Positions 53,290 to 64,000 of a stretch of 64,000 bases of DNA are shown piece by piece. The translations under genes and the position numbers were made by a program. The notes under the pieces are model-generated. The model was not told where the DNA came from and searched no databases. It worked only from the letters and a program-made list of their open reading frames with translations. Within the stretch, counting starts at the first letter, position 1; the number at the start of each line of letters is the position of its first letter. Origin of the DNA: Dimorphilus gyrociliatus (lineage: Eukaryota > Animalia > Annelida); the NCBI GenBank assembly GCA_904063045.1, contig CAJFCJ010000015.1, forward strand, positions 496,001-560,000, in the 5' to 3' direction.

Positions 53290-55511
53290 TTAATCAACTT
53301 CTTCCATCTTTGATGCATCATCATCTTCATCTTCCAATTTTGGCATTTCTTGTTCAGTAGCAACTTCTCCGGTGACTTCTTCTTCTTCATCGATTCCTAA
53401 ACCAAGTTTTACCATACGGTGGATACGATTGGCGTGAGTTCCGGGATCTTCAAGAGAGAATCCAGATGATAGAAGAGAAGTTTCGAAAAGTAGTAAAACG
53501 AGATCCTTAACAGACTTATCGTTCTTGTCTGCTTCTACTCTACTCTTTAAAGTCTTCATTATGCTATGATCGGGATTGATTTCCATATGTTTCTTTGCAG
53601 CCATGTAACCCATAGTGCTGGTATCACGAAGAGCTTGAGCTTTCATGATTCTCTCCATATTTGCAGACCAACCGTATTGAGAAGTAACGATACAGCACGG
53701 AGACGAGACTAGACGGTTAGAGACTACAACTTTTTCAACCTTCTTATCTAAGGCATCTTTCATGACTTTGCAGAGCTCTTCATACTGTGCCTTTTGTTCC
53801 TCGAATTTTTTCTTTTCATCTTCATCTTCTGGCAATTCAAGCCCTTCCTTGGTAACGCAAACCAACTTCTTACCATCGTATTCTTTCAGTTGTTGGGTAG
53901 CGTATTCGTCAATTGGATCAATCATGTAAAGAACTTCGAACCCACGTTTCTTGACTCTTTCAACGAAAGCTGAATTCTCCACAGTTTCACGAGATTCACC
54001 AGTAATATAGTATATATCTTTTTGATTTTCTTTCATTCTGGAAACGTAATCTTTGAAAGAGGTCATCTCATCACCAGAAGAAGAAGAGTGATAGCGAAGG
54101 AATTCAGCCAATTTCTTTCTGTTGGTGCTATCTTCATGAATTCCCAATTTTAAGTTCTTTGCAAATTGTTCATAGAACTTCTTGTAGTTGTCTTTGTCTT
54201 CAGCGATATCATCGAACAATTCCATACATTTCTTGACCAAATTTTTTCTGATCACTTTCAAGATTTTTGATTGTTGAAGCATTTCTCTTGAGATGTTTAA
54301 TGGTAGATCTTCAGAGTCAACAACACCCTTGATGAAACCCAAAAATTCTGGAATCAACTCTTCACAATTGTCCATGATAAAGACTCTTCTAACGTACAAC
54401 TTAATGTTGTTGCGCTTCTTCTTGCTTTCAAACATATCGAATGGAGCTCTTTTGGGAACAAAGAGAAGAGCTCTAAATTCCAATTGACCTTCAACGGAAA
54501 AGTGTTTCACAGCAAGATGATCTTCCCAATCGTTGGACAGAGATTTGTAAAATTCACCATATTCACTTTGGGAAATATCATCAGGGTTTCTTGTCCACAA
54601 AGGTTTAGTTTTGTTAAGTTCTTCATCTTCGGTATATTTTTCCTTGATCTTCTTCTTCTTCTTCTTGTCTTTATCTTTGTTGTCATCGTCATCATCTTCT
54701 TCAACTTCTTCAATTTTAGGTTTTTCTTCGTTATCATCATCTTTCTTTTCCTTATCTTCCTCTTCTTCTTCATCATCACTGATTTCCTTGTCTCTTTCTT
54801 TTTCAACAAGAAGTTTAATGGGATAGCCAATAAATTGGGAATGTTTCTTTACAACATCCTTAATTCTCTTCTCGTCTAAATATTCAGTTTGGTCCTCTTT
54901 AATGTGAAGAATAATTTTTGTTCCACGTCCATACATTTCACTTGTATCATTGCGGACGGTAAATGAACCTCCAGCTGATGATTCCCAAAGATATTGCTCG
55001 TCATCGTTATGCTTGGTTATGACCTCAACCTATAAAATAGATAAATGGTTATTTAGCGGAATATCAAACAGAATACAAACTATCTTACCCTATCAGCAAT
55101 TAAGTAGGCAGAGTAGAAACCAACACCAAATTGCCCAATCATAGAGATATCAGCTCCGGCTTGGAGAGCTTCCATGAAAGCTTTTGTTCCAGACTTGGCG
55201 ATAGTACCCAAGTTGTTTACAAGGTCGGCTTTAGTCATACCAATACCAGTGTCTTGAATAGTGAGGGTGTTGTTTGCTTTATCGGGAATGATCTTGATGA
55301 ACAATTCTTTTCCACTGTCCAGTCTGGATGGGTCAGTTAAACTTTCGTAGCGGATTTTGTCCAGAGCATCAGAAGCATTAGAGATTAACTCTCTTAGAAA
55401 TATTTCTTTGTTAGAATAGAAGGTATTGATGATAAGACTCATCAACTGAGCGATTTCTGCTTGAAAGGCGAAGGTTTCAACGTCTTCCATATTTTGTTGG
55501 TTGTCAGACAT
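53290..55511 (-). CDS. HSP90: Cytosolic heat shock protein 90
   Basis: Exons 55511-55089 and 55029-53290. [58 protein letters not shown], charged linker, and C-terminal MEEVD. A non-coding first exon is implied by an acceptor directly before the ATG and a GTATGT donor at ~55698. Confidence 0.98.
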
Positions 55512-55794
55512 CTGTAAAATATATAATTTATAATTAACTGTTTTCATATACCAGCAAACACTTTTTAGAATAAAAAATTGGAATATTTTGCGTTTTCAGA
55601 ACAATTTCAATTTTTTACCGGCTCACGTGCTACCAAATAATTACGTAAAAGTCAGTAAGTACAAATTGAAATTGGAATAGTTTTAGTTCAGAACATACCT
55701 TAAACAATTTTAGAATTCTTGTATTAGTAATTTGCAATTACGTTTCTCAGAGTCGCCAACTGACTACTTTGAACGAATTCGGATAGATTCGGCA

Positions 55795-55801
55795 ATTTAT
55801 A
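55795..55801 (-). promoter_or_regulatory. TATA box of HSP90
   Basis: TATAAAT on the minus strand ~100 bp upstream of the 5' UTR intron donor. Confidence 0.5.
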
Positions 55802-56018
55802 ATTGAAGAGTAATGTATTAATGCGCCAAAGTATACCGGCTAGTCGAAAGAATAAAATCATTGATTATAATAATTTTCCTAATGATAAAAAAATGTTTTT
55901 AAACTTTTATAAATATTTATTTCGATAATATTAAGTTTATTAATGTTTTTCATATATTTTTCGGCATTTTTGAAACGAACTTTGTGCGGAGTATTTTCGA
56001 AAACGGTAAAACGGCCAA

Positions 56019-56053
56019 TTTCTAGATCTTTCTCGTGTTTTCTAGAAAGATCT
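56019..56053. promoter_or_regulatory. Heat shock element array upstream of HSP90
   Basis: Seven pentamers in strict 5-bp phase: TTC(56020)-GAT-TTC-GTG-TTC-GAA-ATC(56050), including a perfect nTTCnnGAAn core at 56039-56048. Confidence 0.75.
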
Positions 56054-56793
56054 ATTCTCATCTGCAGGAAACCAACAATCTATTTCCGTTACAAAATTTT
56101 CTTCGAAAGTAAAAGAACATTTAAAAAGGACTATATAATAGTTTAAATAAATGAAGAAAATTAAAAAATTTATGATATAATTAGCCTATGTAGTATTTTA
56201 GACGAATTTTGTGGGCTATTTAGAGAGGAATTTATACATTTAATATATTTCAAAAATATCATCCTTTTTGGTTTAAATGATATGTTTCCCAATATATAAT
56301 GCTTAAAATGATATTCTTGGATATAAATTAAGTCATCATTTTTACTCTAGTAAAAAGAATGAGCAATTTAAGTGAAAATTAGGGCTACATTGATTGAATA
56401 GGGATATTGTCGGCTATTCTTTTAAAATGACTGTCCATTATAAATACACTCATTACTAAAATCACTAAACGCTAATTTATACGATACATCTAATGATACA
56501 TTTGAAGTTTTATTAGAAAAACTCCACCTGAAAAGTAATCTTAACTGCGAGATAATAGTTCAAAAAAAGGAAGAAAACACTGCGCAGATTAACATACTGC
56601 ACAATATTCTAGCGATTATATTAACCATATAGATAAAGGTCCAATAACTTTTTGATATTTACGTTTTATTTTCCTTTTGCTACCTATAAGTTAAATAATA
56701 TTTAGAATATAATTTATAACAAAGTCGCCATATTATTGAATAACCACGTGTTCGATATGAAGTTTAAGTTTTCTTTGCCCAGTAATATGAATG

Positions 56794-57020
56794 TCATTTA
56801 AATTGCTTATACATTTTTTATATTAAATTAACCCTTGAAACATCTAAAAAAACCAAAACTGCTCATTCTTGCTCTGAACAGGCTAAGTCATATTTTTAGG
56901 ATTGTCCCCTAATTAGAATATTCTGGAAACTTCGAATATATTAGCTATATGTTTTATTATTAGCATGAACATATGGCACTCTGCCTTTCTAAAATTCTGT
57001 TCTTAAATTATACATATAAA
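56794..57020 (+). mobile_element. Degenerate non-LTR retrotransposon (LINE) 3' ORF2 fragment
   Basis: Across frameshifts and stops the sequence reads FKLL...NCSF...HIFxDCPLIRIFW...KLYI, resembling the CCHC zf-RVT region (CxxC...HLFxxCPxxxxFW) at the end of L1/Tx1-type ORF2. No intact ORF. Confidence 0.5.
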
Positions 57021-57391
57021 AGCAGTCTTAAAAATATGTATATGATACTATGCTTATTAATATTTGAGTGTACCCTTATCATGAATTGTGATAACAATTA
57101 TTCTTAAGAAAAAGCAGGGCAATGTTTAATTACTTTACGCCATTCTTTCGAAAGCTTTTCAGCTCAAATTTCATTCAGTATGGGAATTACCAAAAGGCAA
57201 GTCTTGACATTCCTAAGCCCCAGTTCTAACCTTGGGAATACCTCGTGGCAGGTCTTAAAATTCTATCAACTATACCTCTTCTGTTCACTTTTATTAGTTA
57301 CTTTTATGTCCAGCTTTTAGATATTTTATATGATAGAATACAAAATGCAGTTAACAAAATACGGAAATTTGTGGCACATCTGAAATCCCAA

Positions 57392-57480
57392 AGTTCATTC
57401 ATATCCTACCCTTATGCGCCCTTCTGGCTAGTTCATGCATATCCTACCCATATCCACCCTTCTGGGTAGTTCATGCATAG
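57392..57480. repeat. 38-bp minisatellite, ~2.3 copies
   Basis: Units 57392-57429 (agttcattcatatcctacccttatgcgcccttctggct), 57430-57467 (agttcatgcatatcctacccatatccacccttctgggt) and partial 57468-57480. Confidence 0.85.
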
Positions 57481-58224
57481 AAAATATTTTATCAATAGTC
57501 GATGATTGAACGAAATTGTGAATAGAAGCAATTTGTTTAATAGCCGAGTTTAAAAATTTTAAGAAAGTCAGTCATCCATACTTTCCTTCGGTTTCTACTT
57601 ATTAAAGAGTAAATGTATTGTACAGTTCTTTAGTACGATTTTTATGAATATTGTGTAATTTTCTTCATATTTAGATCAAAGATATGTAATTCTCTTTTAT
57701 TGAGTTGGTAAGCAACCTTTCACAGGCTCATTAGCAATTTCAAATAGGTTTACATTTATTCCTTTTTGTCATCTAAGTATAAAGGGTCAAGATAACTCCC
57801 CCTAGTTCGCAACTATTAGGTACTTTGTTAAGGGGGAATCACAATAAGACCAAAAATATCTTTTCATTAATATATTAGCCAATTTGGCACTATTATAGGA
57901 ATAGAGGAAAGATTAATACATTCAATAAATTTATTTTTTCTATATTCTATACTAAGGATCAAGGAAATTTTTATAATTGAATATAAAAATAGAATGAAGA
58001 CTACGAAATTAAAGTAACATTTTGAAAAGGTCAATAGAAATTTCTAGATTATTTTTATAAGAGGAAGTAATTCAATTTCGTTGGCCTAAAGGATAGATAA
58101 AACAAATTAGCTTTTGAAAACTTCCAGCAATACTTATCATATATATTTATATGTATAATATGTATTTATTTAAAAAAGAATATTCAATCTATATGGTGTT
58201 CTTCTTTCATTTCGCTCAATGTTT

Positions 58225-60201
58225 TTATGATTTGTCGTGTCTTGAGTAAACAATAATTTCATCTCCCTCAATAATATTGCAGCTGTAGAGTGGTTTGATG
58301 TTAGATTCTATTCTTGAAATAATTGATTCAGTAGATTTTTCATCATGAAATAAAATCATATCCTTTGGTTCAATAGATGTTAACGGTTTTATAACTCTTT
58401 TTTTAAAATCAGCTACAGAAATTTTTGGATTAACTCTCTCAAGAACCGTCCTATCTCCGTGGCGAATTGTAATTGATATCTGAATAAATTAGAGTGCATT
58501 AGAATTCCTTAGAAAATAATATGCTTAAATTTTACAGTCTCTTCAGGCTTTAGGCTAATATTCACTAATTTGTCCAATTTTCCATGCTTTTTCTCTAGTT
58601 CTGAATATCTAGAAGGCTTGCATTCTTTGTCCATGTAGTGACGAATAAATGCCCTTTCGGCATCAATTCTTTCCTCATAACCAACAACCGAATTATTTAG
58701 CAATCGAATATTAGGTAAGTAACTAATTGTCAACTGTCTTCTTAGTTTTATTTTATATTTCTTTAACGAAGAAGAGTGAATTTAATCTCATTTACAGACC
58801 ACAATGACCAAAAATAGCTACTTACATTTAAGAAATCGATGTCAATACCCCGAAAATCTTCTACTTTGGGGAAATGGGATATATTCTCAAGTTCAGCAAA
58901 TCCTGTAAGATTGTCAAATAAATAAAATTTCTCTTAAGTTCTTTATCTTCATACCGTTAATAGGATTTTTATTTAAATTTAGCATTTTTAAAGAGGGAAA
59001 GTAGCTTGAGATTAAAGATTTATACGAATTTTCAAAATTCGCTTCACTCTTAAAATAATGACTGAGCTCTTGGATATCTTCTTCATTTAATGATAGACAA
59101 TCCAAATTATTCTAAATTCATTAAAATTTTAATTAACTCAGTTCATTCTAGTCTTAAAGAAAAATAACCTCAATTAAAATTAATGACTCCATATTTGGAA
59201 ACGCTCTTCCTAGTTTGCACACTTCTTTCCAGGATGAGAGACCGTTATTATTAAAGAATAATTTATTTAAAGTTTCATATTTAAAGTCAATCGGTAAAGA
59301 GACACTGTTATAATTGTTTTCACTTAAATATAATTCTTTTATCCTTTTTTTTAAAAAAGAAACAAAAATTTCAATAAACTTAAACAATACGCATAAATTG
59401 ATATAAAATACTTACCCAGGAAATATTTTCAATATATCCAACAAACTCTTCCAATTTATGGCTAATGCGTTTAAGACTAAAGTTTGGACCTACGGATATG
59501 AACGATATTAACTTAGGCCTTTTAAATGTTATAAGCTAACATTGTCGAAGCAATATTTATGAATGCAGATGTCCAATTTGGCAACTTTTAATCCAGCATT
59601 CCTTTTTAAGTTGAGAGAGTGTAGTTTAGGACAATGTGTGATAAGATGGAATATCTGATTTGAAAGTGATTTAAATTACTTTAATAGTTAGTTAATTATC
59701 TTAGAAGTTTATAATTAATTTTTTACGTCTTCCCAGGAAGATAAATAATTTCCATTGAAATCAATATCAGCAACTTTTTTTAATTCATCTTTGATAGATG
59801 AAAAATCACCTATTTTTATTATATTTTGATGATCCATTATCAAATTAGATGTTAAAATAAGCCTTCCTGAAACTGATGTGTGTGTAATTAGAGTTGTAAT
59901 GGCTAAACGGGTATTTCACACCTGTTTTTCTTGGAGCTCTTTCAGGTACAAAGATTAGTAAACCAGAGACATTAGATGGCTCTTCATATTTTTTTCTTAA
60001 AGCTTCAATTAGAGTTAAATTCTCTCCATCTGAAAATTTAAAAGATTCAAAAGATACTCTCTTGTTTATTAAATTTGTACCTATTGTGCAGTCAGGTACA
60101 CTTCTTACTTCACTCTTCTTTGTTATGTTACATGTTTCAGATACTGATTTCTTTGCCCAGATCTCCTTTTCTATAACTTCATCGTTTTGATTCGATAACA
60201 T
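58225..60201 (-). CDS. TBCEL: Tubulin-specific chaperone cofactor E-like protein (LRR plus C-terminal ubiquitin-like domain)
   Basis: LTLIEALRKKY...LLIFVP N-terminus without CAP-Gly; LRR exons (LKKVADIDFNGNYLSSWEDVK, LNLKRNAGL, LVLNALAINW, LYLSENNY, LFFNNNGLSSWKEVCKLG); LNNSVVGYEERIDAERAFIRHY; end PLYSCNIIEGDEIIVYSRHDKS*. Confidence 0.88.
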
Positions 60202-61083
60202 AGTTTAAGATAGTTTTATTGTCGCTCTGATATTGGTATATTATTGTTTATAAAACGTCTAATGAAGCTATTAACACGAAAACTGAACTGTTATAAATCT
60301 TTATCTTAATCTATTGTTTTATCTATATTGTGAAATATTTAGAAATTAGAATTTTCAATATGTAAAATTTACAATAAGGACATCGTATTATAAAAGTTAA
60401 ATGGAATATACTTCGATAACTCACTAATTTTGTTTAGATTACCAATGAACTATCTATAATAAGTTGTTACAAGTATAAGGTGGCTTTTTTATGGTTTCAA
60501 ATTTTTAATGACATCTGTATTATTTATTCCTGTTATCTTTAAAATATAAAGATTTGAAAAAAACCCCTCAATATTATTACATATATTTAGCTAATTTCAT
60601 AGATAATGTCATTACAAAATCTATATCAATTTTTGTTAGGATATTTAATTTCAAGTAAGCATCCTATTATTGAAGTAAAAAAATTTACTTTTATATGAAG
60701 TTAACAATATTTGAAAATGAGATCGGTATGATATTAAAGTAATAAGTGAAAGCCTTTAGTAACAATACCATACTCGGATGTGTTTGTACTATAACGTTTC
60801 ACTGACTTTTCTTTCAAATGGATCTACTACTACAAAACTTCTTTTCGTGATATTATCGCTCTCAAAACGTTACAAAAATCTTATTTTTTTAAAAAGTCAA
60901 TTAATATTAACAGTAACATTAATAAAAAAAGTATCACAAATATAATATTGCAAGTATTTTAAATTAAAAAATAAATTTAATCTTATTAAGATTGGAAAGA
61001 AGGGAGATTATGTACAAATAGAATAGTGGTGGAATGGAACTGCTTTCGTTTTAAACACAGACACCGGAAATGAGCTATTGAAA

Positions 61084-64000
61084 ATGGCGAAGATTCCGAA
61101 TCCGACAACAATAAGAATCATTTTTTTTGTTTTTACCATCGTAATCTACAGTATTTCACCAACATTGGCACTAGATAATAAGTTTCAATCAAACAAGCAG
61201 GAAGGAAAAGAAGAAAATGTGCAATCAAAAAAGAAATTGGTGGAATATAAATTGGCCAAGGATCCAAGGTGTTCATCAGATGTAGTAACTTTTTGTTCAG
61301 ATAGTATTGTTAATAATAACTATCAAGTTCTTGATTGCTTACATGATGATAAAGTTTTACAATCATTAAGCAACGATTGCCATAATTTAATATGGCAATA
61401 CAAGAAAAATCTTACCCAAGATATTCGGTTCGATCATGCTATGAATAATGCTTGTAAAAGAACGCTGAAAAAAGTTCCGGAGTGTCAGTCATTGGAACGA
61501 GGAAAAGGATTGATTATTCCATGTCTCATTGATAATCGTCTAAAGTTAACTGAAGAATCAGATCTGGAATGTAAAAAGTTTTTAACTAAAGTTTCAGCTC
61601 TAGTTTTTACTGATTTTCGCTTAGCAAAACAATATTTCGATAAGTGTTCTTCTGATATAAAAAAGTATCGTTGTGGTCGAGTGGAAAACTCTGACGTGCA
61701 TGAAGAAGGTAGACCCTTGCTGCATAAGCAGAGTAGCACTATTGAGTGTTTGTATAAAACTACAGAAGATAACAATAAAACTCTCAGCAAAGATTGTGAA
61801 CATGAAGTTTTTCGTCTTGCTGAGTTACAATCCGACGACTACCATCTAGACCGAGTATTGTATTATGCTTGTAAAGATGATCGGGAAAGATTCTGTAAAG
61901 AATTAACCTCAGGAGAAGGAAAGGTCTATCGCTGTCTTTTTAGACATAAGATGCACGAAGAGATGTCTATACAATGCAGGAAACAATTACGAAAAAGGCA
62001 AAAACTAGGAATGAAAGATTATAAAATTCGGCATGGTATAGCCCAAAAATGTAAATATGATATTAGACGATTATCTTGCATGAAAGACGCCGGAAAGCAC
62101 ACTTATCAGCAAGTTAGATTGGCACATATTTTACAATGCTTGGAAAATGCTTTAGAGGAGCCTGAGGAATCCCTAAGACCAGAGTGTTTAGTCGAAGTTC
62201 GAAATTTAAAGAGAGAATTATTAGAAGACTATTCAATAACACCAGAAATAATGCTAAATTGTCAATCAGAGATTAAAGGAATTTGCAAGGGTTTGGAAAG
62301 AAATGGCAAAACATTACACTGTCTTATGAAAGCATCTATTCTTAATGAAAATCATCGTGGAGTAAATGAAACTTGTTTTGAAGCTTTAAAGAAATTAATG
62401 GATATAGCAAGACCAAATTCTGATTTTAAATTAGATCCTCTTTTACACGAAAGTTGTCAGTCTGTTGCGGAAAAGAGTTGTTCTGATATTCAAAGTTCCA
62501 GAGGTGTTTATGAATGTCTTCTTTATAAAATTGGAACTAAAGATATGACCGAAGTTTGCGAAGCTAGACTGATTGAAATGGAATACTTTGCACAAAGAAA
62601 TATCCGGTTACAGCCAACACTATATCGCGTTTGCTATGGAGATATAAAAAAGCTTTGTAATCCATCAGAAACAAGCGACTTAACACCATCTCATATCTTT
62701 GCTTGTCTATACCAAAAACGACGTGGCGCAGATGAAGTCGAAAAACTATCGCCCGATTGTGAACACGGAATAAAAAAAACTATGCGCTTGCGTGCCCTAA
62801 AAGTCCAATTGGATCCGGAACTGGAAGAGTATTGTATAAAAGACCTGAGTTTACATTGTGGTGACAAAAGAGGAATAGGTGAAGAAATGAACTGTCTTAT
62901 TGAAAAATACACGTTTCTTTCTAACACGACATGTAAAGAGGCTATAAAAGAACGTTTAGCTGATAGAATGGAGGATCCATTGGATTTGAATCAAATATTC
63001 GCTAGAGCTTGTGCTCCAATGGTAGCTAAATTTTGCCATGATATTGTTGAAGAAGAAATTATAACTTGCTTAATCAAACACAAAACAAAGGAGGATATGG
63101 ATGAGAAGTGTGCTAGTGGAATTGAGCATCATCAAATTTTAACATTAAGAGATTATCGGTTTTCAAGAAAATTCAAGCTCTCTTGCTCAAACTCAGTTCA
63201 AACTATTTGCGCAAACATAGTTAAAAAAAATGAAGTAATTCATTGTTTGTCGGAAGCTATTCATAAAGATACACTACTTGATAAACAGCAAAGAGTTGAT
63301 AAAGCATGTCGTAACCAAATTAAATTTGAAATATTATCTAGATCTGAAAGTATTAAACTTGACGCACGTTTACAAGAAAGTTGTCGGATGGATATACAAA
63401 AGAATTGCAAAGGAGTTAAGCCTGGCAGGGGACGAGTTCTTCGATGTCTTAAAAAACATATTGACAATTTGATGGATAATTGTTATAAGTATGTGTTTCA
63501 ACAAGAAAAAGATGAAAGTAATATAGGAGAGGTTGCTGATTATAATTTTATGCGTGCGTGTGACGGCATGATCAAATTTCATTGTAATAATCAAAGGCGC
63601 AACATTTTAAAATGCCTGAGAAGATTTAAAAATGAACCTGATTTCGATAGTGAATGCCGCAATGCCATACTTGAAAAACAAGAAGAACGCTCGAGATATA
63701 TAGAATTGCAGCCAGGTCTGCATAAAGCGTGCCAATCTGATATAAAAAAGCTGTGCTCTGGAATTTTAGCAGATAAGCACACAAAAGATTCGATGATTGG
63801 TGGTATGGTGATGAATTGCTTGAGGAAAAATTTTAGAATGAAAAAATTGTCGAGATCGTGTAAAGATGAAGTTGCAGTTGTTATTAGACAATCAGCTATG
63901 GACTATAAACAAGACCCTATTTTGGCTAAACATTGCGAAGTACATATAAAACAATTATGTCTGGAAGAATTATCTGGCGATTTAGATGCCGACGGAGCAG
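61084..64000 (+). CDS. GLG1: Golgi apparatus protein 1 (GLG1/ESL-1/CFR-1), 3'-partial
   Basis: Open frame from ATG 61084 to the window end (972 codons; read codon by codon to ~63240 and spot-checked beyond). Signal peptide (IRIIFFVFTIVIYSISPTLA) followed by tandem Cys-rich GLG1 repeats (DYHLDRVLYYACKDDRERFC...GEGKVYRCL; DFKLDPLLHESC; DYRFSRKFKLSC; DYKQDPILAKHC). Confidence 0.93.
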   Translation, partial: MAKIPNPTTIRIIFFVFTIVIYSISPTLALDNKFQSNKQEGKEENVQSKKKLVEYKLAKDPRCSSDVVTFCSDSIVNNNYQVLDCLHDDKVLQSLSNDCHNLIWQYKKNLTQDIRFDHAMNNACKRTLKKVPECQSLERGKGLIIPCLIDNRLKLTEESDLECKKFLTKVSALVFTDFRLAKQYFDKCSSDIKKYRCGRVENSDVHEEGRPLLHKQSSTIECLYKTTEDNNKTLSKDCEHEVFRLAELQSDDYHLDRVLYYACKDDRERFCKELTSGEGKVYRCLFRHKMHEEMSIQCRKQLRKRQKLGMKDYKIRHGIAQKCKYDIRRLSCMKDAGKHTYQQVRLAHILQCLENALEEPEESLRPECLVEVRNLKRELLEDYSITPEIMLNCQSEIKGICKGLERNGKTLHCLMKASILNENHRGVNETCFEALKKLMDIARPNSDFKLDPLLHESCQSVAEKSCSDIQSSRGVYECLLYKIGTKDMTEVCEARLIEMEYFAQRNIRLQPTLYRVCYGDIKKLCNPSETSDLTPSHIFACLYQKRRGADEVEKLSPDCEHGIKKTMRLRALKVQLDPELEEYCIKDLSLHCGDKRGIGEEMNCLIEKYTFLSNTTCKEAIKERLADRMEDPLDLNQIFARACAPMVAKFCHDIVEEEIITCLIKHKTKEDMDEKCASGIEHHQILTLRDYRFSRKFKLSCSNSVQTICANIVKKNEVIHCLSEAIHKDTLLDKQQRVDKACRNQIKFEILSRSESIKLDARLQESCRMDIQKNCKGVKPGRGRVLRCLKKHIDNLMDNCYKYVFQQEKDESNIGEVADYNFMRACDGMIKFHCNNQRRNILKCLRRFKNEPDFDSECRNAILEKQEERSRYIELQPGLHKACQSDIKKLCSGILADKHTKDSMIGGMVMNCLRKNFRMKKLSRSCKDEVAVVIRQSAMDYKQDPILAKHCEVHIKQLCLEELSGDLDADGA

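Noticed and set aside
54293-55340. Plus-strand ORFs antisense to HSP90 (and similar shadow ORFs over Stardust, ASPM, CCDC180 and GLG1)
   Set aside because: Antisense shadows of real coding sequence with biased codon use; no independent features.
1-64000. CRISPR arrays, tRNA/rRNA genes, prokaryotic defence systems or operons, intact transposons
   Set aside because: No repeat-spacer arrays, cloverleaf or rRNA signatures, or intact transposase/RT ORFs were seen; the window is spliced eukaryotic DNA. Small snoRNAs cannot be excluded without a covariance-model search.

Overview
This is AT-rich, gene-dense nuclear DNA from an animal with short (mostly ~55-90 nt) GT-AG introns. There is no sign of prokaryotic, viral, rRNA, tRNA or CRISPR content. 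By manual exon stitching I find 14 protein-coding genes: fem-1-family (+), PALS1/Stardust MAGUK with an extra N-terminal PDZ (+), an uncharacterised ~160-aa protein (-), RNMT (+), a CTR/SLC31 copper transporter (-), ASPM (+), a C1orf21-like small protein (+), a K-Cl cotransporter (-), CCDC180 (-), IkappaB/cactus (-), PSMD5 (+), cytosolic HSP90 (-), TBCEL (-), and GLG1 (+, runs off the window end and so is absent from the ORF track). The compactness suggests a miniaturised invertebrate genome, possibly a compact annelid such as Dimorphilus; this is inference only. The most notable observations are: (i) IkappaB and PSMD5 head-to-head across ~200 bp containing Rel/kB-like sites; (ii) an extra PDZ spliced in frame onto Stardust; (iii) eight CTCF-core-like motifs in non-coding DNA; (iv) two candidate phosphosite-bearing cassette exons in a KCC intron; (v) a diverged duplicated block with a 28-aa hydrophobic smORF inside a CCDC180 intron; (vi) X-boxes before CCDC180 and a phased HSE array before HSP90; (vii) an intronless GLG1; (viii) a decayed LINE relic. 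All gene models and names come from reading by eye and recalled family motifs, not from database searches.
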